Positions 30,162 to 40,683 are shown, numbered from the stretch's first letter. The stretch: DNA of 64,000 bases from Candidatus Poribacteria bacterium (GCA_965215015.1 OZ244042.1:3680001-3744000); one strand, 5' to 3'. Numbers and translations: made by a program. The notes: generated by a model not told the origin, from the sequence alone.

Positions 30162-31472
30162 TCAGTCGTAGTAGCCTGCATCCTCGAAAATTGCTTCATG
30201 TTTCCGTGCAATCTCATCCAACGCTTCCTTGGACGCTTTAGATCCGATGATAACTTGGTTCCACCCCGTCTGGCACGCTTCCAAAAGTTCAGCGTATTCG
30301 GGAACCGCCCAAAAGTCGCGCAAATACGGAAAACTGGCGGCGAAAGCCTTGTTGAACGGAGTCGCATTGAGGAAAACTTCGGATTGTAGGACCTCTTTGT
30401 GCGGCGTGAACCCACCCAGCTGCGCCCATTTTTCCTGCACCGGTTTCTGCATAAACCATTTCATATACCGCTTAGCGATTTCTTGGTTCTTGGAATAAGC
30501 GGAGATTGACATACCTTGACCGCCGATGCTGATGGCATGTCCTTTCGGACCCGCAGGTGAAATAAAGAAGCCGGTTTTATTGTAGTAATTGGGGTTCTGA
30601 TCTGCATTGACCGCACCCGGGAAGAAAGCGAAATAGTCCATCGCCATCGCGACTTTTCCCGCTTTATACGCATCCAGCGTTTCTGCCCAGTAGTAGTTCG
30701 GCGCATCGGGTGGCGAAAACGCTTTGAGCGACTTGTAATACTCTAGGGCCTTGACAACATCTTCGCTGTTGATATGACCATCAACCTTATAGGTTTCGGT
30801 ATCGCCGTAGGACCCACCAAACGACCACATCACCTGTTGAAAGCCCATGGTAATCCCATCGTACTCTTTGCTGTACCAAGGCGCAACGCCGTAGAGATTT
30901 GGGGGCCGCGTGAAAAACTCGGCAATATCACGGAGTGCCTCATAGGTCTTAGGAGGAGCGAGCTCATAGCCATACTTTTCCTTGAACATCGCTTTTTCGT
31001 TCGCATCCTCAAAGAGATCTGTGCGATAGAGAAAACCGTTGGCATCCACCTCCGCGGGAAGTGCCCAATAATTTCCACTTCCTTTCGGATACTCGGCGAA
31101 TGCCTCCATGGCGGTTGCATAAATCGAATCAACATCAATATTTTCGTTAATCCAGTCCGTCAAGTCAACGTAGTGTCCGCCGACAGAGTTTCTGCCGAGC
31201 CACTGGCTATCGCCGATAACTATATCGTATCGATCACTTTTTCCAACAAACGCGGTGAAAACTTGGTCCTGGAAATGAGACCAAGAGATTTGAACCACAT
31301 CAACCTCAATCCCTGTTTCTGCCGTAAAATCCTTCGATAGCTCTGTGAGATAATTCGCAGGATCCCACTGTGCCCAAGCAACGGTTAATTTTTCCTGAGC
31401 GTTTGTTGAGGGGGTTGCGATCATTAGTACAGAGAGCACAAACATCGCAAAATAGCACGCAAGTTTTTTCAT
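30162..31472 (-). CDS. Sugar ABC transporter substrate-binding protein (SBP family 1)
   Basis: Signal peptide, F..ETGI.V, YR.DLF, PKT...L, GGQG..I; first gene of the operon. Confidence 0.9.
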   Translation of the reverse strand: MKKLACYFAMFVLSVLMIATPSTNAQEKLTVAWAQWDPANYLTELSKDFTAETGIEVDVVQISWSHFQDQVFTAFVGKSDRYDIVIGDSQWLGRNSVGGHYVDLTDWINENIDVDSIYATAMEAFAEYPKGSGNYWALPAEVDANGFLYRTDLFEDANEKAMFKEKYGYELAPPKTYEALRDIAEFFTRPPNLYGVAPWYSKEYDGITMGFQQVMWSFGGSYGDTETYKVDGHINSEDVVKALEYYKSLKAFSPPDAPNYYWAETLDAYKAGKVAMAMDYFAFFPGAVNADQNPNYYNKTGFFISPAGPKGHAISIGGQGMSISAYSKNQEIAKRYMKWFMQKPVQEKWAQLGGFTPHKEVLQSEVFLNATPFNKAFAASFPYLRDFWAVPEYAELLEACQTGWNQVIIGSKASKEALDEIARKHEAIFEDAGYYD

Positions 31473-31540
31473 AATTGTTTCCTTTCTGAAGTATTTGTTA
31501 AAGCCTGATTAGACTGATAATTTGAAAGATTTAGCGGGTG

Positions 31541-31569
31541 ATTATAACAGAATGGGAAAAAATTGACAA
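31541..31569 (-). promoter_or_regulatory. Sigma70 promoter of the ABC operon
   Basis: TTGTCA-N17-TATAAT with a TGn extension. Confidence 0.75.
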
Positions 31570-32477
31570 GCGGTAAATGAAAAATTTAGGGCTAAAGTCT
31601 GCGAACTAGGAGTTGTAGATACACACCATGGTAACTGTCGATTATTCCCTTACGTTAGTCCGATTGGTGTGCTGTCAACCTTTGTTAGAACTTGCCAATC
31701 TGTCCTAAAATTCAAAATTCGCCCATGTAAAGAATTAGTGCAACAGAAGCCAGGGACTTGCATCTCCCCCTGCTTGCAGTCCCTCCCCCCGCTTGCGGAG
31801 GGACTGAGGGGGTAGGGGGTACAAAGGGGCACTTCTCTTCGTGTTTTGTACTTTCTTTTGATATGAGCCTCAAAATCTTGTTGCGTTTGTTTTGAAGGAC
31901 AACAACGAGCGGTTCACGCCCAAACGGGTATCAAGCGTATGCGGCACTATACCGAGGCATTGGCGATTATTCCAAATCAACGTTTGATTGAAAACCGCAA
32001 TCAAACGCTGCGTCGCCAACCGACTTTCGGTTCTTTAGGCTCTGACTCAGGAGAGATGTTCATGGGCGTTGCTCAAACGTCCGGAGAGAACCGAGCTTCC
32101 GGGGCGGATGAGCAAGCACTCGCCTCACCGTTGTTGGAAAAGCGTTCTATCAGAGGGGCAAAAAGCATTCCTGTGCGTTTTGTCGTGGGATTTGATAAAA
32201 AATAGACAAGTTAAGAAATGCGATGGGTGTGGTAAATGAAGCATCGGAGGCGGACAAGATGATTTTCGGATTGCGTACAACAAAAATCCATTGGCACCTG
32301 ACTCGCTACCGAAACATTATCTGAGATCGATTCAAAAAAAAAGCAGGTGTTTTCCATTTATAATAATCCAAGGAGAGTCTACCCGCGATAAAATCGGGGT
32401 GTCCTACTGCGCTACTATCTATAGCCTTGGTTTCTGGCCTACAGATATAGGAGGTTGACTTTTATCGCATCCCTCAG

Positions 32478-32772
32478 TGAGGGGTGCTCATAAACCCAAT
32501 TCATGAAATCGTGCTACCGAAGGGGGCACATTTTTCAGAGATTGGCAGCCTTAGAACGTCTCTGTATCCCAGATTCATAACAATTCTTGGATGTCACAGA
32601 GGGTTCCGAATCCGTATTTTCCGTGTCATCTGTTTAATCCGCGATCCAGACAATAAGGAGGCCCCTTCCTCAGACCTATCTCGTCGTTTAGATATGAATG
32701 TGAGTCATCTCCTCCTGTGAATCCTTTAATTCTGCAAATCCTGATTCAGACAATAGTTATGGGCACCCCTCA
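32478..32772. mobile_element. MITE-like element bounded by 16-bp TIRs
   Basis: tgaggggtgctcataa (32478-32493) vs ttatgggcacccctca (32757-32772), 15/16 inverted match; another terminus at 45572-45608. Confidence 0.6.
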
Positions 32773-33355
32773 GGCCTATCTCGTCGTTTAGATGTGAACG
32801 TGAGTCATCTCCTCCTGTGAATCCTTTAATTCTGCAAATCCTGATTCAGACAATAGTTATGGGCACCCCTCAGGCCTATCTCGTCGTTTAGATGTGAACG
32901 TGAGTCATCTCCTCCTGTGAATCCTTTAATTCTGCAAATCCTGATTCAGACAATAGTTATGGGCACCCCTCAGGCCTATCTCGTCGTTTAGATGTGAACG
33001 TGAGTCATCTCCTCCTGTGAATCCTTTAATTCTGCAAATCCTGATTCAGACAATAAGGAGGCCCCTTCCTCAGACCTATCTCGTCGTTTAGATATGGATG
33101 TGAGTCATCTCCTTCTGTGAATCCTTTAATTCTGCAAATCCTGATCCAGACAATAGTTATGGGCACCCCTCAGGCCTATCTCGTCGTTTAGATGTGAACG
33201 TGAGTCATCTCCTCCTGTGAATCCTTTAATTCTGCAAATCCTGATTCAGACAATAGTTATGGGCACCCCTCAGGCCTATCTCGTCGTTTAGATGTGAACG
33301 TGAGTCATCTAATTCTGTTTCTGTGAATCCTTCAATCCTAAAAATCCTGATTCAG
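32637..33355. repeat. Tandem array, 7 units with a 100-bp period (variant order A-B-B-B-A-B-B)
   Basis: Units start at 32651, 32751 ... 33251; A begins caataaggaggccccttcct, B begins caatagttatgggcacccct; the last unit is slightly divergent. Confidence 0.95.
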
Positions 33356-33535
33356 CAGCTAGCTGTCGATTTTCCAAAATCGAAAATACCGAGAACATTG
33401 TGCTATAAAATACCAGACACTATGGGGCGATAATTCTGGCTCAATCAGTATTTTGTTAAGATATGAATCTTGACTAACTTACAGCATTTGTGGAATTGAC
33501 TACAACAAAATCTCAACAGAACCTAGCAACTTGCG

Positions 33536-34684
33536 TTACAACAAGTCCAAATAAAGATTTTCAGTCAATCTTGCGTTCCGCGTCGCACAAAACAGTTGCT
33601 CTGCCCTCAAACGGCAAGCCTTTCCCATCTGCCGGCACTGCTCGTCATCCTCGGCAAGTTGCGTAATTGCTTCAGCAAAGGCGTCCGAATCCTCAGCGAG
33701 AACAAGGATTCCCGTCTCCGGCGTTACCAGTTCTTTGCTTCCACCAAGGGGAGTAGCAATCACCGGCACGCCCGCTGCCATAGCTTCAATAATGGTGCGC
33801 GGGCAAGCTTCCGGGATGGTCGAAGCAAGCAGCACGATATCAAGAAGGGATAGAATCGCTTGTGTGTCTTCCAGAAAGCCGGTGAAGATCACGCGATCTG
33901 CGATTCCCAATTTCTGCGCCCTTACCTTCAGAGAATCGATATATTCCGCATCTTTGGGAAAGTAAGCCCCCCCCACAACAAGCAACTGGATATTGGGTGC
34001 CGCTTTGAGCTTGGCGAGTGCTTCAATTAAGATATGAATCCCCTTCTCCGGTGTGATGCGCGTCACAATACCGACCAGCAGGCTATCGGGCGCAAGGTTG
34101 AAATCCGCCCGGAGGGTTTCCACTTGCGATGATGGCTGAAACGAAGAAAGTTGGACACCGTTGTAAATCAACACCTGCTTCGAGCGCGGGGCAAACTTCC
34201 ATCGTGTCGCTTCCGAAACCAGAATCACGCGATCCAGCAGCACCTCACAAATCCGATCTAACACTCCATACGCCGTGGCGTACCGCTTGTGCATCACAAT
34301 TGGAAGCCCGTAGAGCTTGGCGGCAACCCCACCGATTAAACCCGCAGCCAAAGAATTTGCATGTATGAGATCGATTTGCTTTTCTTCTAGCACCCACAAA
34401 AGTTGAAAGATTACTTTGAGCCGCCGCAAATCACGCCTAATATCGTCGAATGTAAAACGGTGGGCCTTATCCCCTTTATCGTGTTGTTTCGGCAGATCGA
34501 GCGGGATGACCCGATGCCCCGCCTTTCGCGCCGCCGCTGCCAGCATACTATCCTCCAAACAACCGACGAACGAACGAAATCGCGTCACCTCAAGATGCTT
34601 GAGCAGCAATAGCAAGCTGCGCTGACCACCACCAATACCGGATCCACTATCGAGGTACAAAATATTGTATCGCTTGGATTGCAC
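33536..34684 (-). CDS. GT4 family glycosyltransferase
   Basis: GGGQRS, IYNGV, RITPEKG, PEACPRTIIEAMAAGVPVI. Confidence 0.92.
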   Translation of the reverse strand: MQSKRYNILYLDSGSGIGGGQRSLLLLLKHLEVTRFRSFVGCLEDSMLAAAARKAGHRVIPLDLPKQHDKGDKAHRFTFDDIRRDLRRLKVIFQLLWVLEEKQIDLIHANSLAAGLIGGVAAKLYGLPIVMHKRYATAYGVLDRICEVLLDRVILVSEATRWKFAPRSKQVLIYNGVQLSSFQPSSQVETLRADFNLAPDSLLVGIVTRITPEKGIHILIEALAKLKAAPNIQLLVVGGAYFPKDAEYIDSLKVRAQKLGIADRVIFTGFLEDTQAILSLLDIVLLASTIPEACPRTIIEAMAAGVPVIATPLGGSKELVTPETGILVLAEDSDAFAEAITQLAEDDEQCRQMGKACRLRAEQLFCATRNARLTENLYLDLL

Positions 34685-34726
34685 GGTTTCTAACCTTCAC
34701 CCATTTTATGGACGGGTATGCCATCC

Positions 34727-35212
34727 CTAATTGGTGCTGACAGGAACCACTTCGACTGCGCGTGTAAACTCGTCCTCTCCAGTGATTTTGACCTGAATGT
34801 AACTTGCGGGCAGTAATTCCCCCATCCGATCCGCCCATTCAATGACACAGATACCATCTCCCTCCAAATACTCCTCCAATCCAAGGGCGACAATATCCTC
34901 CAGCTGTTGAAGCCGATACAGATCAATATGGTAGATCGGGATTTTGCCCGCATATTCGTTGATGAGGATGTAGGAGGGGCTGTTGACGGTCTGCTCCTCA
35001 TCAATGCCGGCACCGCGGGCGATACCCTGCGTCAAACAGGTTTTCCCCATTCCCAAGTCACCGATGAGTGCCACAACATCGCCGGGGTTAAGCTGGCACC
35101 CAATCCGCACACCGATTTCCTGCGTCTCCTCGGGGCTATGCGTCCTAAAGGCAGATTTCTTGTCCTTTATTGAAAGATCTGTGGAGCCATTTGCTTTTAT
35201 CGCTTGCGTCAT
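34727..35212 (-). CDS. tsaE: tRNA threonylcarbamoyladenosine biosynthesis ATPase TsaE
   Basis: GDLGMGKT, VNSPSY.L.NEY, HIDLYRL, IEWA. Confidence 0.95.
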   Translation of the reverse strand: MTQAIKANGSTDLSIKDKKSAFRTHSPEETQEIGVRIGCQLNPGDVVALIGDLGMGKTCLTQGIARGAGIDEEQTVNSPSYILINEYAGKIPIYHIDLYRLQQLEDIVALGLEEYLEGDGICVIEWADRMGELLPASYIQVKITGEDEFTRAVEVVPVSTN

Positions 35213-35214
35213 AA

Positions 35215-35748
35215 TCAATAATCTTTATAGCCAACCTCTGCTAATCGTGCAGCTTTCTCTGCTACACCTTCGCTGAGTTTGACTTTGTAAGCTTCAAGTT
35301 TCTCACTAAGTTGAGGAAATTTGAGGGCAAGTATCTGAACTGCGAAAAGACCTGCATTGCGTGCACCACCAGAGCCAATTGCCATTGTCCCGACAGGGAT
35401 ACCGGGCGGCATCTGTACGGTGGCATAAAGTGCATCCACACCGTTGAGTGGGCCGCCATCAATAGGGACGCCAATAACGGGCAGAGTGGTATGCGCGGCG
35501 ATGACACCAGCGAGATGCGCTGCCCGGCCTGCACCAGCGATGATGACATGCACACCCCGATCACTCGCACTGTGTGCATATTCCATTGTTCGCTCCGGCG
35601 AGCGGTGTGCAGAGGAAATTGTGATTTCAAAAGGGATATCAAATTCTTCTAAGACTGCGGCAGCTTCGCTCATCTTTCCCAGATCGGAATCACTGCCCAT
35701 AACGATACTGACTAAAGGTTTATCTGGAGAGATACTGTTCATATTCAT
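35215..35748 (-). CDS. purE: N5-carboxyaminoimidazole ribonucleotide mutase
   Basis: MGSDSD, SAHRSP, AGAG.AAHL.GV, VQMPPGIPV; start moved to 35748. Confidence 0.97.
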   Translation of the reverse strand: MNMNSISPDKPLVSIVMGSDSDLGKMSEAAAVLEEFDIPFEITISSAHRSPERTMEYAHSASDRGVHVIIAGAGRAAHLAGVIAAHTTLPVIGVPIDGGPLNGVDALYATVQMPPGIPVGTMAIGSGGARNAGLFAVQILALKFPQLSEKLEAYKVKLSEGVAEKAARLAEVGYKDY

Positions 35749-35894
35749 TTGTCCCTTGTTAAAAAAAGAAAGCAGGGGCGGAGTTCCCCCGCCCCTACAA
35801 GGCTTTGGGCAAGCACAAGATCCACTCCTACGTTTGATTGATTCCTGTAGGGGCAACCCTCGTGATTGTCCATCCCGGACGCTTATCTGGTTTG

Positions 35895-36425
35895 TTAATT
35901 CTTAAACCCATCAATCACTGCTTGCAGTTTCTGATAGGTCTCCTTATCGAAGTTAGATTTTATATGAAAGGCAAGTTTCCCTTCAGGATCAATGACGTAG
36001 AGACTTGGCTTGTCTTTTTTTGTACGGTACGCCTGATGCACTTTGCCTTTCCAATCGAGTAGCAGTGTCACCGGCGGTTTATCTTTTTTAAGTTGCCTTT
36101 TAATAAACCCTTTAGGTACAAACCCGGGCACACTCCGCATATCAGCAACAATGTATCCGATGACCCTATCGTTTTTCTGATAATCCTTTTGAAAGGCGTA
36201 TGCCCATTTATCATCTTCCTCCCGGATTTTCCGATTCCCCATTATCAGAAAGACAACCTTACCCCGCATTTTCTCCAATCCGTGCGCCTGATCTTCGGCA
36301 TCTTGCAAGGTAAAATCGGGGGCTGCCTCGCCAACTTGGAGCGGTTTCTCCGCCTGCTCTTGATCTGAAGCAACCGAAGCAAAGACACATAACCCGATTA
36401 TTAAGAACCATAAAATATATTGCAT
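35895..36425 (-). CDS. Exported redoxin-fold (YtfJ-like) protein without CxxC
   Basis: Signal peptide, VG..APDFTL.D, LLDW.G, YVIDPEG. Confidence 0.7.
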   Translation of the reverse strand: MQYILWFLIIGLCVFASVASDQEQAEKPLQVGEAAPDFTLQDAEDQAHGLEKMRGKVVFLIMGNRKIREEDDKWAYAFQKDYQKNDRVIGYIVADMRSVPGFVPKGFIKRQLKKDKPPVTLLLDWKGKVHQAYRTKKDKPSLYVIDPEGKLAFHIKSNFDKETYQKLQAVIDGFKN

Positions 36426-36434
36426 CCCTATCCC

Positions 36435-37439
36435 CTACTTTTTGCCCTCAAACAGAGTGGGCCACATCTGCCTGACCACTGAATAATTAGCAGGTGTAAT
36501 GAGACGGCTTGTGCCGAATTTCGTTTTCGTTAAAGCTCTACCGTTCGGCAATTCGCTATCAAAAGAGAACGGACGATTGTTCGCAGCATCTAGTGCTGCC
36601 TTTAACACCTCCTGTCCCCGCTGATAAGGCATCGTATCCACTTCGGCGTCGTGCTGTTTAATCATAATCTGACGACACGCTTCCTTTCCCGCGCCGACTC
36701 CGACCGTGATAATCTGATCGGTAAGTTCGTGCAACTGCACACCGCGTACCGCACCGACCGCTAGCCTACTGTCCACCGCAATAATGGCGTGAATATTTCC
36801 CGCGTAATTTTTCAGGACACGATCCGTCAGATCTAACGCAACGTCTGGATCCAGCCGAGAGGCGTGGGAATGCACCCGAATTTCATCGGAATACCGGTCC
36901 AAAACACGGTAAATCCCCAACGAGATATTCCGAAAAGATTCCGCCCCAGTTGACTCCTCCAAAACGAGTACATTTCCTTTGTAGCCGATCTGTTCAAGGG
37001 CATATTGGGCAGCCGCTTCTCCCAACCCAGTTTCGTTGATGGCAATGTGTCCCCGCACGTCTATACTGACCAACAACCGATCCAGCGTGATAACAGGAAC
37101 GTTCCTACGTTCTGCCTCCTTCAGAATGGGATAGGCGCGTTTCTCATCAACAGCCTTGAAAATTAGTACCCTAACTCCTTCGTCAAGCATTCTGCGAATC
37201 TGTTGGGTTTCTAACGTTGCCAGATTCTGCTTGACCCCTGCATCTCGGACTCCATTCCATAGGACTTTGACTCCAGAATCTTTTTCGCCCTCAATCATCG
37301 CCTGCTTCATGAGGGTGTAAACAGGGGAGGTTGTTTCTGGAAGGCTGACCCCAATTTTAATCAGCGAAGTATCATTTCCACATCCAGCGAGAATCACCAT
37401 GACCATGATAATTAGGAAAACCCAAGGCAGCTGAGTCAT
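36435..37439 (-). CDS. RbsB-like sugar-binding periplasmic lipoprotein
   Basis: Lipobox LAGC, KIGVS, VPVITLDR; ATGA overlap with ubiE. Confidence 0.8.
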   Translation of the reverse strand: MTQLPWVFLIIMVMVILAGCGNDTSLIKIGVSLPETTSPVYTLMKQAMIEGEKDSGVKVLWNGVRDAGVKQNLATLETQQIRRMLDEGVRVLIFKAVDEKRAYPILKEAERRNVPVITLDRLLVSIDVRGHIAINETGLGEAAAQYALEQIGYKGNVLVLEESTGAESFRNISLGIYRVLDRYSDEIRVHSHASRLDPDVALDLTDRVLKNYAGNIHAIIAVDSRLAVGAVRGVQLHELTDQIITVGVGAGKEACRQIMIKQHDAEVDTMPYQRGQEVLKAALDAANNRPFSFDSELPNGRALTKTKFGTSRLITPANYSVVRQMWPTLFEGKK

Positions 37440-38149
37440 TTCTTTCTGCCAATATGGATGGCAACAATGCCAAGCGTCTTCCGGTAAAATCGGACATCCG
37501 TGAGACCACACTCTTCCATAATCCCCTTCAGCTGTTCGCAATTTGGAAACTGCATGACAGAATCCGGCAAATAACCGTAGGCGTCATCCCTGTTCTTTGA
37601 GATTAGATTTCCGAGACACGGCAGGAGGCACCTGAAGTAAAAGTAGTATATGTGGCGAAATAGAGGCGTCGTAGGTTGTGTAAACTCAAGGATGGCGATA
37701 CGACCATTCGCCCCGGCAACTCGGCACATTTCACGAATACCGAGCCGGAGGTCTGCGACGTTACGGATACCAAAACCTACCGATACGATATCAAAGGTGT
37801 TGTCTGCAAATGGAAGCGCGAGCGTATCTGCTTCAATTGGAATAAAAGCGTTAGTACGTCCCTGTTTCTCAACCTTATCCTTGCCAACGGCAAGCATATC
37901 ATAACAGAAGTCTGTGCCAATCACAGTGGTGTTGTTGGTTTTGGCGGCATAGGCGAGTGCGAGTTCACCTGTACCTGTACAGACATCGAGAACTCTGCTC
38001 CCCTGCGTTACTTCACTCACCCGTACCGTGAACTTCCGCCACGCTCGGTCACGGCGCAGACTCAACAAAGAATTGAGGAAGTCGTACCGCTTCGCAATGG
38101 AGGAGAAGATTTTACGAACGTAAATTTCCTTGTTCATAAGGGCGGACAA
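37436..38149 (-). CDS. ubiE: Demethylmenaquinone methyltransferase (UbiE/MenG)
   Basis: F.SIA.RYD.LN.LLS, VLDVCTGTGE, LPF.DNTFD, FGIRNV, Y.YLP.S. Confidence 0.93.
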   Translation of the reverse strand: MSALMNKEIYVRKIFSSIAKRYDFLNSLLSLRRDRAWRKFTVRVSEVTQGSRVLDVCTGTGELALAYAAKTNNTTVIGTDFCYDMLAVGKDKVEKQGRTNAFIPIEADTLALPFADNTFDIVSVGFGIRNVADLRLGIREMCRVAGANGRIAILEFTQPTTPLFRHIYYFYFRCLLPCLGNLISKNRDDAYGYLPDSVMQFPNCEQLKGIMEECGLTDVRFYRKTLGIVAIHIGRKK

Positions 38150-38187
38150 CTTTGTTCGGGAGGGCTATAGGGGAGTTTACCATTTTT

Positions 38188-39039
38188 TCAAACCTCAATA
38201 ACCTGCGTCTGTTTTTCCGGCATGACACCGTGCCGTTCCGCCCATTCGACGAGCGGCCACTGGATGCCGTTGGGGGCGGAACGACCATCCGTCCCCTCCG
38301 CCGCGTCTAGGAGCTGCCTGCCGATGTCATCCAATTTTTCCAACAGTGCTGCATCTGGCTGCAATTTGCCGTTATAGTGTCGAAGGTAGTAGTCCGGCTT
38401 GACCCAAGAATAATGGTAGCCGTAGATCACGACCTTGGCAATCTGATCGGTAAAGTTAAGGGCGGCGGCGTGGTAGATACGGCTCTCGAATAGGAATGCG
38501 TCCCCGGCATGTAGGAGGGGTTCGTCAAACTCCAGTGGGTCAACCTTGTCCTTGGGGATAGACAGCGGCTCGCTAAGGTTGTTGCTTTTGCGGACGAACA
38601 GGGTCGCACCAGAATTGGGTCCGGTGAAGTCTGTCAAGCAGTAGCCAATTTTCAACCCGACACGAGGCAGTCTCTGATGTCCAAGGTCGAGGTGGACCCC
38701 GACATCGCGGTGCCAGTTGCGGAAAGCGGGCGTTTCGGGAGCTTGGGGGTGCTTATAAATTAGCGCAGTATTGGTTATATGGATATTAGGGCCGAGTAGC
38801 TGAACGATGAGCGGCACCGTACTTGAGTTCGTAATAAGTGATACGTAGGCCTCTTCTTCTTGAATAAGGCCGGGACGCCGATGTGCATAGTAATCTTCGT
38901 AATCGAATGATGCCATCAATCGGTCCCCACCTTCGATTAGACGATCAACTGTCGCCTTATCAAGAGATTGGGGCACAATCAGGTAACCGTTTTCGTCAAA
39001 GTCCCGACGTTGTGTTTCGGTGAGCCGAACGAAATCCAT
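38188..39039 (-). CDS. Phytanoyl-CoA dioxygenase (PhyH) family protein
   Basis: FDENGYL, WHRD, AGDA.LFE.RI.HA. Confidence 0.88.
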   Translation of the reverse strand: MDFVRLTETQRRDFDENGYLIVPQSLDKATVDRLIEGGDRLMASFDYEDYYAHRRPGLIQEEEAYVSLITNSSTVPLIVQLLGPNIHITNTALIYKHPQAPETPAFRNWHRDVGVHLDLGHQRLPRVGLKIGYCLTDFTGPNSGATLFVRKSNNLSEPLSIPKDKVDPLEFDEPLLHAGDAFLFESRIYHAAALNFTDQIAKVVIYGYHYSWVKPDYYLRHYNGKLQPDAALLEKLDDIGRQLLDAAEGTDGRSAPNGIQWPLVEWAERHGVMPEKQTQVIEV

Positions 39040-39074
39040 AACAGTTGTGTCCTCTAACTAAATTTCTTAGGCAC

Positions 39075-39278
39075 CTAAAATACTTTTGCAAAATCAACTC
39101 GAATCTCCTCATTCTCAACAATGCTGTCAGGGAACAATTTTTCCTCTGATAAAGTAAGTCCCGGGAGAGGCTCAACCTTCTCATTCTGAAACAACTGACG
39201 GAGAATCTGAAGACAGATATAACTATGATTCAGTGAAGGCATTTCTTCATCCTGTTTATCATTTTCAAGAGTCAGCAT
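39075..39278 (-). pseudogene. Internally deleted Uma2-family endonuclease
   Basis: N-terminal MPSLNHS.I...I and C-terminal IRVDFAKVF are retained; the PD...EI.S core is missing. Confidence 0.55.
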
Positions 39279-39331
39279 ATCGTTTATACTCTTCCCCTCA
39301 CACAGGTCTGAAGCTGCCCCTACATTTTACG

Positions 39332-40282
39332 CTAGAAATTCGATATGAGTGAAAATCGGTGGGCGGCCCCCAGTCTACCGTAGGAGACAAAGGCGTAATC
39401 AAGTTGAAAGCCTTCGATGCTAAATCCAATTCCGGTGGTGAAGCCGGATGCCGTTCCTAAATCGTTGCCTCCGAGTTTATATTTGTACCCTGCACGTAAG
39501 TGGATGAGTTCGTAGGTTGTGAACGCTGCACCTACACCAACGGTGGGGTCATTGTCGCTGGGGCGGTTCACATCGGCAGTGAGGGTAAACGCCTCGGCCA
39601 GCAATCTGTACGCCGCACCCACCTTGATGTTGAGAGGCAGGCTAAAGGATTCCTCAACGAATTTGGCCTTGGCACCGAGATGTTGAACATTGAATCCGAA
39701 AGAGAGTGAATTGTTGAAGATAGCGTACAGTCCCCCTATATCAAATGCAACGACTTGAGCACTTTCCGTATCAATCTTTTCGCGAACCCATTTGGCGTTG
39801 ACACCCACAGACAGCGCGCCTCCGAATCGGCGAGCATAAGAGGTAATCAGGGCCAGATCATAGGGATGGAAATTCTCTGTTTTAACGGGCTCACCACTCT
39901 CAGTAATATCATATCCCTCAAGTTCACCATAAGAGAGATAGATGAGACTGCCGCCGAGTGTACCTGCGTTACCGAGAGGTTGGGCAAAGCCGATGAATTG
40001 GTGATTAATTCCTTCAAACCATTCATTGTGCATCAGACCAAGTTGCGGGCGTTGCAGTTGAGCCAGCCCTGCTGGATTCCAGTATGTCGCATATAGATCG
40101 TCTGCATCAGCAACTTGAGACTCTCCCATACCGATAGCTTTAGCACCAACGCCGATTTTCAGGAATGTCATTGCCCGTGTTCCAACATTTTCATGAATAT
40201 CCGCGCCATCGGCTGCTGTCCATGGACACAATACAATGCCGCAGAGTATAAAAAGAATGAAATATCTCTTAAATCTTGGCAA
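39332..40282 (-). CDS. PorV/PorQ-family outer-membrane beta-barrel
   Basis: FLKIGVGAKAIGMG, YWNPAGL, D.G..Y, LRAGY, DYAF, HRFSL...F C-terminus. Confidence 0.85.
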   Translation of the reverse strand: MPRFKRYFILFILCGIVLCPWTAADGADIHENVGTRAMTFLKIGVGAKAIGMGESQVADADDLYATYWNPAGLAQLQRPQLGLMHNEWFEGINHQFIGFAQPLGNAGTLGGSLIYLSYGELEGYDITESGEPVKTENFHPYDLALITSYARRFGGALSVGVNAKWVREKIDTESAQVVAFDIGGLYAIFNNSLSFGFNVQHLGAKAKFVEESFSLPLNIKVGAAYRLLAEAFTLTADVNRPSDNDPTVGVGAAFTTYELIHLRAGYKYKLGGNDLGTASGFTTGIGFSIEGFQLDYAFVSYGRLGAAHRFSLISNF

Positions 40283-40340
40283 ACAATCCTCCAGACTGAG
40301 GCATACGAAATAAGTGATTATACCGAGAAAACATTAACGC

Positions 40341-40369
40341 ATTATAGCGAATCCGAATAGCTTTGTCAA
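40341..40369 (-). promoter_or_regulatory. Perfect-consensus sigma70 promoter of the PorV-like gene
   Basis: TTGACA-N17-TATAAT. Confidence 0.85.
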
Positions 40370-40683
40370 TACAAATCTTGATTGCTTACAGGGCAATCGC
40401 GTGTCATGTGAGTAGTGTGTGGAGCTTTGGCAGACAACAATGGAAATCTAATCATAGCCCCAGGTTGCCTAACCTGTAATCCCGGCAGGTTAAGAAACGT
40501 TGATTTCATCAAGAGGAGGCTCTATACCACGACAGAGGTTAACCCCAGACTCTGATTGATCAATTACCTGATTTCTATAACAGATGCAATTCCCCTATGA
40601 TTGCTGAGAAGCATTTAGTTCGACTGTCCGTTGAAAACTCGCGGAACGAAGAGGAATCTCCGAATCCCAACTCTGCCTAACGC

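Noticed and set aside
31860-32400. Possible degraded transposase (weak ISAs1-like words TLRR, PLLE...G)
   Set aside because: Many stop codons and no convincing DDE motif or TIRs; needs a translated search.
40380-40680. Long intergenic region checked for tRNA or riboswitch
   Set aside because: No cloverleaf or recognisable aptamer consensus; only short REP- or IS-end-like fragments.
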